DNA of 64,000 nt from an uncultured Gammaproteobacteria bacterium (GCA_963710595.1 CAVQAZ010000007.1:36926-100925), one strand, 5' to 3'. Positions 8,947-18,907 are shown, counted from the stretch's first letter. Numbers and translations: made by a program. The notes: generated by a model from the letters alone, not told the origin.

Positions 8947-10332
8947 TCAGGTCCACTGACGCGACTGCACAGTGGTTCGTGTACTCGCCTGCGTGGCCAC
9001 CCACTGGTTCAAGTGCTCGGCGGTTCCCTCCAGCAGTCGTCGCGCGATATCCGCCACGTAGCGCTTCTGCCAAGGAAATATTTCCGTGTTTCGCACCCAT
9101 TGATTGAACGCGCCCAGGGCCGGCCCGCAATGGATCTGGTAATCGACTCTCTGCTCCCGCTCACCGCGCAGGGCGAGACGGGTCGAGTGAACGAAATACC
9201 ATTTGAATATCAATGCCATCTTGCGCTTGGGGGACACTTCGATGTCCGCGTTCGGGCGCCGCCTGGCGAGGTAACTGCGCGTTTCCTTCCACACCTCATC
9301 GATGCTGCGCCGGAAATATTTCTCCTCGATCTGACGCAGGATGGCGGGATCGATTTCACCCAGCGAGCCGTGCCGCTGATAGAGCTCGTACAGCCTGTTT
9401 GCCCGGGCCGGGAACAACAACCCTCGTTTCACCACCTGCACCTTGGCACCGAGCTCGAACAGGTCGCCGGCGGGCGCATAGGCAGTGTCTTGCACGTTAA
9501 TCTGTTGCAGTAGCGCCTTCACATCGTCGCTGGTGCCTGCTTCCCGGGTACATTGATTGATCGAACCGGTGAGGATGAAGTCCGCGCCCATCATGAAGGC
9601 GGCAGCCGCCGCATGCGGAGTACCGATGCCGCCGGCGGCACCGACACGAATGCGCCTTTCATAGCCGTGCCGCTCCATCATTTGATCCCGCAACATCATC
9701 ATCGCGGGGAGCAAAGCGTAAGCCACGCCTTGATCCGTATGGCCGCCGGAATCGGCCTCCACGCAAATATCATCGGCAACGGGAATGGCGTGAGCAAGCT
9801 CGGCTTGCAGCTCGGAGATCTGACCGGACGCGAGCAGCGCCTTCACGAGGCTCTGCGGTGCCGGCTGCATGAACGCCGCGGCAATTTCCGGACGCGATAC
9901 TTTGGCGAGCATGCGATGAGCCGAATGCAGCTCGCCCGTCTGGCTGCGACCGATGCCTTGCAAGCGGTAGCGAACCAGGCTCGGTGTGATATTCATGAAG
10001 GCCGCGGCCTCGACATGACGGATGCCATGCGCCAGGTAGAGATCGACGGTGCGCTCCTCCAGGTCCGGCCGCTCGGGATTCGCCAAAAGATTCATTCCAT
10101 AGGGTTCACCGTGCGTGAGCTCCGCTTGGATATGACGGATGGCTGCTGCAACGGCGTCCAACTCGAGCCCACCCGTGCCCAGAAATCCCATCAGCCCCGC
10201 TTTGCCCAGCGCAACGACCATCTCCCTGGATGCGATTCCCTTGTACATGGCGCCAGCCAGATACGCGTACCTGAGCCCATAGTCGGCCTTGAATTGCGCG
10301 TCTCCGAGTGAAGCTGCCGTAATCTGGCGCAT
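8947..10332 (-). CDS. PfaD/FabK-family trans-acting enoyl reductase
   Basis: YLAGAMYKGIAS, VEADSGGHTD, GAAGGIGTP and YQIHCGPALGAFNQW motifs; no AT domain fused. Confidence 0.88.
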   Translation of the reverse strand: MRQITAASLGDAQFKADYGLRYAYLAGAMYKGIASREMVVALGKAGLMGFLGTGGLELDAVAAAIRHIQAELTHGEPYGMNLLANPERPDLEERTVDLYLAHGIRHVEAAAFMNITPSLVRYRLQGIGRSQTGELHSAHRMLAKVSRPEIAAAFMQPAPQSLVKALLASGQISELQAELAHAIPVADDICVEADSGGHTDQGVAYALLPAMMMLRDQMMERHGYERRIRVGAAGGIGTPHAAAAAFMMGADFILTGSINQCTREAGTSDDVKALLQQINVQDTAYAPAGDLFELGAKVQVVKRGLLFPARANRLYELYQRHGSLGEIDPAILRQIEEKYFRRSIDEVWKETRSYLARRRPNADIEVSPKRKMALIFKWYFVHSTRLALRGEREQRVDYQIHCGPALGAFNQWVRNTEIFPWQKRYVADIARRLLEGTAEHLNQWVATQASTRTTVQSRQWT

Positions 10333-10409
10333 GCTTCGTCCTTTGCTGAGCGAGCGGCCCGCGTGGCGACGACCTGCCGGTGCGGAAACTGCGTGCTGCG
10401 CGTCCAGTG

Positions 10410-11651
10410 CTATGTGGAAGTCTCGTCCGCCAGTCCCCAGCGTTCCAATCTCCGAACCAGCAAGCCCAGGAAATGATTTGCGCGTGCGCCGTCCACGACA
10501 CGATGATCCAGCGTGAGGGTCACGTAGCAGCGTGGCCGCACCACGATGCGATCCTCACCTAGCTCGCTAATCACGACGGCGCGCTTCTCCAGCTTGCCCA
10601 CGCCCAGGATGGCCGATTGCGGCTGCTTGATGACGATGGGCGCAGCCAGCAGGCTGCCGCTGACGCCGTGATTGGAAATCGTGAATGTGCCGCCGCTCAC
10701 GTCCGCCGGTAGCAGCCGGCCCTCACGCGCACACCTCACTAACCTGCTCAGTTCACTCGCGATTGCGAACAGATCCAGCGTCCGCACATTGCGGATCACC
10801 GGCACGAGGAGTCCCCTGCCCGCCACGGCCGTGGCAACGCCGATGTCCACTGTGTCGTGCATCAACAGGGCATCCGGTAGCCAGCGACTGTTGATCTCCG
10901 GCACTTCGGTCAGCGCGGCGGCACTCGCTGCGAGAAAATAGGCGGTGAGCGTCAGTGCGGCACCCCGCCGTTCGAACTGCGCACGATGCTTTTCTCGATG
11001 TGCCAACACTGCGGTCAGATCGACTTCGAACACGGTGGTCACATGAGGCGCCGTGCGTAGCAAACTCTCGACCATGAGATCAGCAGTCCGCAGCCGCGTC
11101 GTCGAGTGTGGGACGCGCCGACTAGCCGGCTGCGCCTGTGCGTTCGCGACCGCAGTCTCGGGGCTCGCGCTACGATTCGCTACATATGCGAGCACATCAG
11201 CAACCGTCACTCTCCCACCCACTCCGCTGCCGCGAAGCTCCTCGGAATCGATCGAATGTTCCTTGAGCAGACGGCGAACCGCGGGGCTGTGACGTGCCGA
11301 ATTCGGCATCCCCAGGTGAGCGGACCACGCAGCGGCGCGACTCGATCCAGCAGGCTTTGCGGCACTTTCGTCGAGTGCGCCGCTCGCCAGCTGCGCCGTT
11401 TGCATCTGCTCGGTCTGAATGAACGCCAGCACCTCTCCCGGCACAATGTCTTCACGTGCCTGCTTGAGCACCCGCTGCAGCACCCCGCTGGCCGGTGCCG
11501 GAATCTCTACGACAACCTTGTCAGTCTCCACTTCGATCAGCGGTTCGTCCCGGGTGACGGGTTCGCCCACCATCTTCAGCCAGCGCTGCAACTGCGAGCG
11601 CGTCCCTTCGGACTGCTCACACGGCGCGCACACTGCAATCATCGCTGTCAT
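10410..11651 (-). CDS. 2-oxoacid dehydrogenase E2 (dihydrolipoamide acyltransferase)
   Basis: Start reset to ATG 11651. Lipoyl motif EVETDKV, binding domain HSPAVRRL, catalytic LDHRVVDG. Confidence 0.88.
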   Translation of the reverse strand: MTAMIAVCAPCEQSEGTRSQLQRWLKMVGEPVTRDEPLIEVETDKVVVEIPAPASGVLQRVLKQAREDIVPGEVLAFIQTEQMQTAQLASGALDESAAKPAGSSRAAAWSAHLGMPNSARHSPAVRRLLKEHSIDSEELRGSGVGGRVTVADVLAYVANRSASPETAVANAQAQPASRRVPHSTTRLRTADLMVESLLRTAPHVTTVFEVDLTAVLAHREKHRAQFERRGAALTLTAYFLAASAAALTEVPEINSRWLPDALLMHDTVDIGVATAVAGRGLLVPVIRNVRTLDLFAIASELSRLVRCAREGRLLPADVSGGTFTISNHGVSGSLLAAPIVIKQPQSAILGVGKLEKRAVVISELGEDRIVVRPRCYVTLTLDHRVVDGARANHFLGLLVRRLERWGLADETST

Positions 11652-11655
11652 TGAT

Positions 11656-13755
11656 TCAAAAGCTCGCCGTTTGTTCGATGGCCTGCATGATGCGCGCGAC
11701 GCTGGGCACCACCGAATCGAGCAGCACGGGGCTGTGCGGGCTCGGCACATCCGGCATGGTGATGCGGTCGATGGGTGCATCGAGATCGAAGAACACTTCC
11801 TTGGTGAGCGTGGCCGCAATCTCGGCGCCGAAGCCGGCCGTGAGATTGTCCTCGTGCACGATGAGGCAACGGCGCGTCTTGCGAACCGAAGCGATCACCG
11901 CATCACGGTCCCACGGAATCAGCGTACGAAGGTCGAGCACTTCCACATCGAGCTCGGACTGATAAGCCGCGGCTTCGCAGCGCTCGACCATGGCGCCCCA
12001 GGAAACAATGGTCAGTTGAGTACCGACTTGTGCGATCTTTGCTTGCCCGAAGGGCACGATAAAGTGATCTCCCGGATAGGGACGCCGTGCCCAGGCGGCA
12101 TCCAGCATGGCGCGGTGCTCGAAAAAAATCGTCGGATCATTGCCGCGCAATGCCGAGCGCAACAGGCCGACAGCATCCTCGGCGTTCGACGGCATGGCCA
12201 CGCGCCAACCGATGGCGTGCGCGAACTGCACTTCGTTGCTCTGGCTGTGCCAGGGATCGCCGGACTTGGAAAAGCCGCCCGGCATGCGCACTACCATGGG
12301 TGCGGCAAAGCGGTTGGCGGTGCGCCATCGCAGCGTGCCGCAATCGTTGAGCTGCTCGGTCGCCGGATCGGCGTACTTGCGGAACTGAATCTCCGGCACT
12401 GGCATCAGACCGGCTAACGCCATGCCCACCGCCCGGCCGATGATTCCTTCTTCGGACAGGCTGGTATCGAACACGCGCGCTTCGCCGAATTTTTCCTGCA
12501 GTCCCACAGTGGCGGCGTGCACGCCGCCTTTACGGCCCACATCTTCGCCGAACACCACGACGCGGGGATTGACGGCAAGCTCATGCTCGAGCGTGCGGCG
12601 GATCGCTGTGAGCATGTTTATTCGCGGCCCACTGGGTTGCGGCACCGATACTCCCAGCAACGGCTGCACGCCGTCGGCCAGCATTCCGCCCTGCTCCTGC
12701 ACTTCCACCGAACCATCGGGGAGATGCTCACTGAATGAAAAGCGTACGGTGGTCTGGGCATCCGGTTCCGCGCGCTGCTCCACTCGAGCCAGCGCCTGCT
12801 CCACTTCCTCGCTAGCACGCTGCTGCAACAGTGCCCATGCCTCGGCCGATATCACCCGCGGCACCAACTGCTCACGCAATCTCGGAAGCGGATCGCGCTC
12901 CAGTTCGGCGGCGATCTCCTGTGGCGATCTATATGCCTGGGTGTCCTGACCCGAATGGCCAGCGAGGCGCGGAACCTGGATGCGCAGCAGCGCCGGCCCC
13001 TGCCCGCGCCGCACGACTTCGACAGCATGCTGAATCTGCGAGGCAGTGCCGCTGGGATCGCGGCTATCAGCTTCAAGGATGCGCAGGTTACGAAACGAAC
13101 CGAGATTGGCGGCGATGTTGCCGCCGGGAGTCTGCAGGTCCGACTTCACCGAAATGCCATAGCCGTTGTCTTCGATGAAGAACAGCACCGGCAGCCGCTG
13201 AGTTGCCGCAATGGTGAGCGCCGCCCAGAAGCCGTTGGTGGCCACCAACCCGTCGCCGCCATGGGCCACCGCGATGCTGTCCGCCCACTGGGACTCCTGC
13301 AGCGTGTTCGTTCTATAAACAATCGCCTGGGCCCAGCCAACCACCTGCGTGTATTGCGCGCCCACGCCACCACAGGCGGGCAACACGCAGGCGCCATCCC
13401 GTCGTGGCAAGTTGAATACGACGCCGATGTCGCGACCCTGGCTGACGCTGCCCACGCGCATCATGGTCGAAGCCAGCGCATCCTCCGTAGTCAGTCCCAA
13501 CGAAAGCAGCAGAGGACGCGAGCGGTAGTAGACACCCACACCGTCGCGCGCGCCGGTGAGCATCTGGCCGAGGATTGCCTGCGTCACGTCGTGACCACGC
13601 GCAGTGAATTGATAAATAATCTTGCGTTCCGGCAGCAGCCGCGATTCTTCGAGCGCGTCCAGCGCGCGAGAGAGCAGCACCGAATACACGACCTGGGACC
13701 AATCAATCCGCGTGGAGCCGCTGGGCGCCGCACTTTCCAGAACCACTGCCGACAT
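11656..13755 (-). CDS. Fused E1 alpha/beta ThDP-dependent 2-oxoacid dehydrogenase (branched-chain type)
   Basis: Start MSAVVL (ATG 13755, GAGGTG upstream). ThDP motif GDG...EDN; beta-part motifs FGEDVG, FDTSLSEEGIIG, PEIQF. Confidence 0.88.
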   Translation of the reverse strand: MSAVVLESAAPSGSTRIDWSQVVYSVLLSRALDALEESRLLPERKIIYQFTARGHDVTQAILGQMLTGARDGVGVYYRSRPLLLSLGLTTEDALASTMMRVGSVSQGRDIGVVFNLPRRDGACVLPACGGVGAQYTQVVGWAQAIVYRTNTLQESQWADSIAVAHGGDGLVATNGFWAALTIAATQRLPVLFFIEDNGYGISVKSDLQTPGGNIAANLGSFRNLRILEADSRDPSGTASQIQHAVEVVRRGQGPALLRIQVPRLAGHSGQDTQAYRSPQEIAAELERDPLPRLREQLVPRVISAEAWALLQQRASEEVEQALARVEQRAEPDAQTTVRFSFSEHLPDGSVEVQEQGGMLADGVQPLLGVSVPQPSGPRINMLTAIRRTLEHELAVNPRVVVFGEDVGRKGGVHAATVGLQEKFGEARVFDTSLSEEGIIGRAVGMALAGLMPVPEIQFRKYADPATEQLNDCGTLRWRTANRFAAPMVVRMPGGFSKSGDPWHSQSNEVQFAHAIGWRVAMPSNAEDAVGLLRSALRGNDPTIFFEHRAMLDAAWARRPYPGDHFIVPFGQAKIAQVGTQLTIVSWGAMVERCEAAAYQSELDVEVLDLRTLIPWDRDAVIASVRKTRRCLIVHEDNLTAGFGAEIAATLTKEVFFDLDAPIDRITMPDVPSPHSPVLLDSVVPSVARIMQAIEQTASF

Positions 13756-13942
13756 TGCTTCACCTCGTGTTCGAAGGCGCAACGAGCTCCGAGCTTAATC
13801 AGCTACCTCGGAGTGAAGCGCTGGATTTCTCCATACCACCGCAGCGGCCGGTCACCCAAAAACCCGACAGCAACAGCACCAACACTGCCTCGATCAATAC
13901 CGATGCGTCCAGCTCGCGCCGGTGTCAAAGCAACAAGCCTAG

Positions 13943-14052
13943 GGAAGCTCTGATTAATCGACTGCCCTGAGCTCAGCAAGCTTGCAACTGACTGAAATGC
14001 TTCATCGATCGAAGTTGATATGCGCGACGCATGGCAATTGATCAGAGATTCC
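13943..14052. mobile_element. 110-bp MITE-like inverted-repeat element, copy 2
   Basis: Same terminal inverted repeats as copy 1, flanked by a perfect CTAG direct repeat (13939-13942 and 14053-14056). The right CTAG contains the stop codon of the ParB-like gene. Confidence 0.65.
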
Positions 14053-14943
14053 CTAGGATGCCGTGTCGATATTTCTGCGGCGGTGCGCCGCCTGCGTCGT
14101 GATGTTTGCATGCAGCACCGACTGGCCATCGAGAATCTTCGCCACTTCGTGCTGAATGCGCTCCTGAACTTCATCGGTGGCCACTTCTATGGGCAGGGTC
14201 ATGGCTATCAAACTGCGGTGCTGCCTGATCCGCAGGATGGGTACTCCGCCCTCGCTCCTGATGACCCGTTCGGCAGCCTGTAATTTCTTTTTGCGGCCCC
14301 GGCGCGCCGGGGTCAGCAGCTGGCGAAAGACCTCACCGGCGGCCGGACGCGGCCTCGCTCCAATCTCGCGCGCGCGTTGAATAATGGACTTTCTGCGACC
14401 CGGGTCTTGAATGGCGTCGTCGATATCCAGGCCCCATCGTTCACAAATGTCGGTACCGCTTTCGAACGCGCCGACGATGACGCTCGGCAGACGCGCGAGC
14501 CTGATCAGGCGCGACACCTGCGATGTGGAAATCTTCAATGCCTTGGCGATGTCCTCCTGCGAGCTGAAGTGGCCGGCCCGCAGCCAACGCGCATAACACA
14601 TGCCTCGCTCGTAAGGGCTCAGGTCCTTGCGTTTGTGATTCTCCGTATCGAGCGCGATCACCGCCTCCTTGTCCGACAGATCGCGCAATTCGGCCAGCAG
14701 CGGTCGGTTCAGAAAACGCGCGACGAACAGCCGGCGCGCGCCATAAATCAACTCGATGTCGTGCTCCGGATCGTTCTGCAAGCGCCGCCCGAGCACAGGA
14801 ATAAGCTGCCCGTGTTCAAGAAAGCTCTTGATCTCATCCTCGCAGGTTGCTTCATTGACGCTGCTGTCGATCCGATCGTGGCCCTTCCAGAGGCGACAGC
14901 GCACAGGGTTCACCGAAACAATCGTCCGATTCTCATCGACCAT
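14053..14943 (-). CDS. ParB/RepB/Spo0J-like protein 1
   Basis: GQLIPVLGR, YGARRLFVA and ENHKRKDL motifs of the ParB N-terminal domain, then HTH SQEDIAKALKISTSQVSRL. Confidence 0.85.
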   Translation of the reverse strand: MVDENRTIVSVNPVRCRLWKGHDRIDSSVNEATCEDEIKSFLEHGQLIPVLGRRLQNDPEHDIELIYGARRLFVARFLNRPLLAELRDLSDKEAVIALDTENHKRKDLSPYERGMCYARWLRAGHFSSQEDIAKALKISTSQVSRLIRLARLPSVIVGAFESGTDICERWGLDIDDAIQDPGRRKSIIQRAREIGARPRPAAGEVFRQLLTPARRGRKKKLQAAERVIRSEGGVPILRIRQHRSLIAMTLPIEVATDEVQERIQHEVAKILDGQSVLHANITTQAAHRRRNIDTAS

Positions 14944-15099
14944 AGATCCTCACTCTCTATTCCATGGAGCATGGATTCTCGCCCCGCGATGTGACGTCGG
15001 CGTTGCAACAAACCACACTGGCATGTGCGGCTGCTGGACACGCCGCAGGTGCTCGCGGCGCGCATTCGCGTCACGAGCACCTGATGCTTGCTACATCTT

Positions 15100-15987
15100 T
15101 CAGGTTTGTAAACCGGAGTAGTAGGACGACGATGCGTTGGGGTGATCGATATATCGGGCTGTGCGCCGCGTGCTCAGGTCCCGCACGATGCGCAGGACGG
15201 CATCCTCAATTCGCTCGAGCGCTTCTTCTGATACTCTGTCGGCGGGAAACAGCAGAGTGAACGCGCGAGACTGGCGCCTGACTCGAAACAGCGCGCTTCC
15301 GCTCGCACCGGTGACGGTTTCTTCGCACGATCTGCCGCTGCGCCGTCGATCCCACGCGACGCTCTGCAGGAGTCTTTGGTAAATCTCGAGCACCGGAGGG
15401 CGTGGAGTCATCCCGCGGATTTCATTCGCGACGCGGCTGAGCAGCGGGCGCTTCTCAACGTCTTCCCACATCTCCACCAACTCCAGTCCCCATCTTTCAC
15501 GCATGTCGGCCGGATTGGCGAATGCGCTCACGATGCTGCTCGGCAGCTGGGCGAGTCGCAGTAGTCTCGACACTTGCGAGTTGGAGAGATGTAAGGCACG
15601 CGCCAAATCTTCCCGTGACTTGAAGTATTCCGCGCTCAACCATCGAGCGCAGCTGCGCCCCCGCTCATAGGGGCTGATGTCCCGGCGCTGGCGGTTCTCG
15701 ATATCCATCGCGATGATCCCGTCGCGATCGGAGATGTCCTGCAGCTCAACCGCGAGCGGCATGTTGAGATGCCGTGCAACGAACAGGCGACGCGCACCAT
15801 AGATCAGCTCGACCTCATACACGGGATCGCCTTTCAAGCGCCGCCCCCGAGTTGGAATCAGTTGCCCCTCCTTGAGGAAGCTTTCGATCTCGACCTTGCA
15901 GGTTTCCTCGGTGATCTCCGTGTCAAGCCGCTCGTGCAAATCCCACATACGGCATCGAAACGGGTTCACCAGACTGAGCTCGCTCAT
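15100..15987 (-). CDS. ParB/RepB/Spo0J-like protein 2
   Basis: Start reset to MSELSLVNPF (AAGGAG upstream). GQLIPTRGR, YGARRLFVA, ENRQRRDI, then HTH SREDLARALHLSNSQVSRL. Confidence 0.85.
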   Translation of the reverse strand: MSELSLVNPFRCRMWDLHERLDTEITEETCKVEIESFLKEGQLIPTRGRRLKGDPVYEVELIYGARRLFVARHLNMPLAVELQDISDRDGIIAMDIENRQRRDISPYERGRSCARWLSAEYFKSREDLARALHLSNSQVSRLLRLAQLPSSIVSAFANPADMRERWGLELVEMWEDVEKRPLLSRVANEIRGMTPRPPVLEIYQRLLQSVAWDRRRSGRSCEETVTGASGSALFRVRRQSRAFTLLFPADRVSEEALERIEDAVLRIVRDLSTRRTARYIDHPNASSSYYSGLQT

Positions 15988-16331
15988 TTCAAACTCTCCT
16001 TTTTCGCAACCCCGGCCGCCTCCCGCAGCCGAGCCTTCCGCAGCATGCTGTGTTTTGACCCCCGCTCTCGCCACTCGCTCACTTCAGCTTTTTTTAAACA
16101 AGCAATGCGCCGCCTGCCCTACGCCGACATTCAGAAACATCTGCTCATGCGCATAGCGACATCTTTTTGTTCCATGCACACCGTCAAATCCGCAACAATG
16201 CATGAAGGCGGTCAACACCCATCCGGGCACCGAATCCAACATCTTGGCACGATACGTCTGCCACGCGTACGACACGCGAGACCCGGGACTGAATCGTCGC
16301 ACCCCATTGGATAGATCCGCCGTCACTGTGA

Positions 16332-17573
16332 CTAGTCATCAATGGACACGTTGCGCAGACAAATCGCGGTGTTGATGCCGCCAAAACCTATGCTCAGGTT
16401 CAGGGCGTTGCGAATCGTGCGCGCCAGCGGCTCTTGCCGCACCCAATTCAGCTCCGGCTTGAGGGGTTCCTGCAGATTTCGACTGGGATGCAGGAACCGG
16501 CTCCTCATCTGCAGCAACGTGGCGATGATCTCAACGGTGCCGGCGGCGCTGAATCCATGGCCCACGATCGACTTGGTCGCGTTGATATGCGCATGCGACA
16601 GCCCGGCGGCCATGATCGCGCTCGCCTCAATCTCATCGCCCATCCAGGAGCCGGTGCCGTGTGGATTGACATAGTCGATGTCGCGGGGCTCGAGCCCTGC
16701 GCGTCTCAAGGCGTTGTCAATCACCCTGATTTCACCGGCGAGCGACGGATCGGGGTTGCGATGTGCATCCATCACCGTCGCTGAGCCGGTCAGCACCGCG
16801 TACGGCTTGACGCGATTCCTGCTGACGGCCGACAGGCGTTCCACCACCACGGCGCCACAGCACTCACCAAAAATGAAGCCATCCCGTCCCTTGTCGAAAG
16901 GCCGGCAAGCCAACTCCGGACGATCCGCGTAGCGATCGCTTCCCATCGCACCTGTCGCGCGCAGAGCGTGGCACTCCCAGTACGACAGATCCATGAGGGC
17001 GCCGACGGCGATACAGACGTCTACTTGTTGTGATTGCACGGCTTGGACGGCCTGCAGTATGGATAGCTGACCACTTGCGCATGCCGCACCGACGGTGTAC
17101 GCGAAGCCGCGTATGTTGAACTGTTCCGTGCACCAACCGCACAGATCACTATCCAGGAAGGCAACCCCATAGCTGGGCCGCAGGAAGCGCATGCGCGCTG
17201 AGTGCTCCTCATGAATTCGCGTGAGCTCGCGCTGTTGACAGTTCGACCCGCCGATAATGAGGCCGATTCGATACGGATCGACGGAGTCGAGGTTGGCGTC
17301 CTGCCAAGCCTCATGCACAGTCATCATCGCCGCCTGCGCGGACAGCGAAGCTGAGCGCTGCGCGCGTGATGAAAGCGCTGCCGGCAACTTGAGCTCCGGC
17401 AACTCGGCGCCGATGAATGCGGAATCCTTCTGCCTTCCGGGACGCTGCATGACGCGAAAAGCATGGCGCCCTTCCTTGAGCGCCGCTTCGAATGCTCGAC
17501 GGCCCTGACCCACCGCGGTGAGTACACCGACGCCAGTGATCGCTACATCAGTAGAAGCGTCTTTCCTCTCCAT
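16332..17573 (-). CDS. Stand-alone KS of the beta-branching (PksF-like) family, retaining the active-site Cys
   Basis: YTVGAACASGQ (TGC at 17079-17081), NPHGTGS, KSIVGH; clear paralog of 19860..21074. Confidence 0.88.
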   Translation of the reverse strand: MERKDASTDVAITGVGVLTAVGQGRRAFEAALKEGRHAFRVMQRPGRQKDSAFIGAELPELKLPAALSSRAQRSASLSAQAAMMTVHEAWQDANLDSVDPYRIGLIIGGSNCQQRELTRIHEEHSARMRFLRPSYGVAFLDSDLCGWCTEQFNIRGFAYTVGAACASGQLSILQAVQAVQSQQVDVCIAVGALMDLSYWECHALRATGAMGSDRYADRPELACRPFDKGRDGFIFGECCGAVVVERLSAVSRNRVKPYAVLTGSATVMDAHRNPDPSLAGEIRVIDNALRRAGLEPRDIDYVNPHGTGSWMGDEIEASAIMAAGLSHAHINATKSIVGHGFSAAGTVEIIATLLQMRSRFLHPSRNLQEPLKPELNWVRQEPLARTIRNALNLSIGFGGINTAICLRNVSIDD

Positions 17574-17716
17574 GGGTACATCCTTGCTGCGTGCGGAGTC
17601 ATCTAACGATGCCGCCCGGCGCGACGTTCATGCAACGCATTTCGAGAACGGGATACGCGACGGTCGATGCTTGCTCGCAACGACCGATCGCGTATCCGCT
17701 GCCGATGCTCGAAGTC

Positions 17717-18907
17717 CTACTCCAGAACTTTCGACACCACACCCGCACCCACGGTCTTGCCGCCTTCGCGAATCGCAAAACGCGATCCGTCCTCCATCGC
17801 GATCGGCGCGATCAACTCGACCGCCATCTTGACGTTGTCGCCGGGCATCACCATTTCCACGCCCTCCGGCAGCTCCACCGCGCCGGTTACATCCGTGGTA
17901 CGGAAGTAGAACTGCGGGCGATAGCCTTTGAAGAACGGCGTGTGGCGCCCACCCTCCTCCTTGGTCAGCACATACACTTCGGCCTCGAACTTCGTGTGCG
18001 GCTTGATCGAACCGGGCTTCGCCAGCACCTGCCCACGCTCGACCTCTTCGCGTTTGGTACCGCGCAGAAGTACGCCCACGTTGTCGCCCGCCTGACCTTC
18101 ATCCAGCAGCTTGCGGAACATCTCAACGCCCGTGCATATGGTCTTCGTCGTGGGCCGCAACCCCACGATCTCCACCTCGTCGTTCACCTTGAGAATGCCG
18201 CGCTCGATACGTCCGGTGGCAACCGTGCCCCGCCCGGAAATGGAGAACACATCCTCAACGTGCATTAGAAACGGCTTGTCGATCTCACGCGGCGGCGTGG
18301 GAATATAACGGTCCATTTCCTGCACCAGCTTGACCACCGAGGGCACGCCGATTTCGCTCGTGTCGCCTTCCAGCGCCTTGAGCGCCGAGCCCTTCACGAT
18401 CGGCGTCGCGTCGCCAGGGAAGTCGTACTTCGACAGCAGCTCGCGCACTTCCATATCCACCAGTTCCAGCAGCTCCGCGTCGTCCACCATGTCCGCCTTG
18501 TTCAGGTACACCACGATGTACGGCACGCCCACCTGGCGAGCCAGCAAAATGTGCTCGCGCGTCTGCGGCATCGGGCCGTCAGCTGCGGAAACCACTAGAA
18601 TCGCTCCATCCATCTGCGCGGCGCCCGTGATCATGTTCTTCACATAGTCGGCATGCCCCGGACAGTCGACATGCGCGTAGTGGCGGTTCGCACTCTGGTA
18701 CTCCACGTGCGCCGTAGCGATCGTGATCCCGCGCGCTTTCTCTTCCGGCGCCTTGTCGATCTGATCGTAGGCCATGAATGTACCGCCGTGCGTCTCGGCC
18801 ATGACCTTGGTCAAGGCCGCGGTCAACGTCGTCTTGCCGTGATCCACGTGTCCGATCGTGCCGACGTTCACGTGCGGCTTGGTGCGCTCAAACTTGTTCT
18901 TCGCCAT
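17717..18907 (-). CDS. tuf: Elongation factor Tu, paralog outside its normal genomic context
   Basis: 396 aa, [28 protein letters not shown]; full length and no frameshift. No fusA/rps or tRNA/secE neighbours. Confidence 0.98.
   Translation of the reverse strand: MAKNKFERTKPHVNVGTIGHVDHGKTTLTAALTKVMAETHGGTFMAYDQIDKAPEEKARGITIATAHVEYQSANRHYAHVDCPGHADYVKNMITGAAQMDGAILVVSAADGPMPQTREHILLARQVGVPYIVVYLNKADMVDDAELLELVDMEVRELLSKYDFPGDATPIVKGSALKALEGDTSEIGVPSVVKLVQEMDRYIPTPPREIDKPFLMHVEDVFSISGRGTVATGRIERGILKVNDEVEIVGLRPTTKTICTGVEMFRKLLDEGQAGDNVGVLLRGTKREEVERGQVLAKPGSIKPHTKFEAEVYVLTKEEGGRHTPFFKGYRPQFYFRTTDVTGAVELPEGVEMVMPGDNVKMAVELIAPIAMEDGSRFAIREGGKTVGAGVVSKVLE

Noticed and set aside
10410-11651. E2 as the TCA-cycle sucB
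   Set aside because: Its partner is a fused alpha/beta E1, not SucA, and there is no lpd or suc context.
14053-15987. ParB pair as a plasmid or chromosome partition locus
   Set aside because: No parA, repA/repC or dnaA/gidB neighbours and no canonical parS spotted; cannot be fully excluded without the whole replicon.
17651-17697. Long hairpin 3' of tuf (GGATACGCGACGGTCG...CGACCGATCGCGTATCC) as an intrinsic terminator
   Set aside because: The stem is real but no U-tract follows on the minus strand; it may only stabilise mRNA.
17717-18907. Classical kirromycin, GE2270A or pulvomycin resistance alleles in tuf
   Set aside because: All positions checked match the sensitive E. coli residues, so no known compound class can be assigned.
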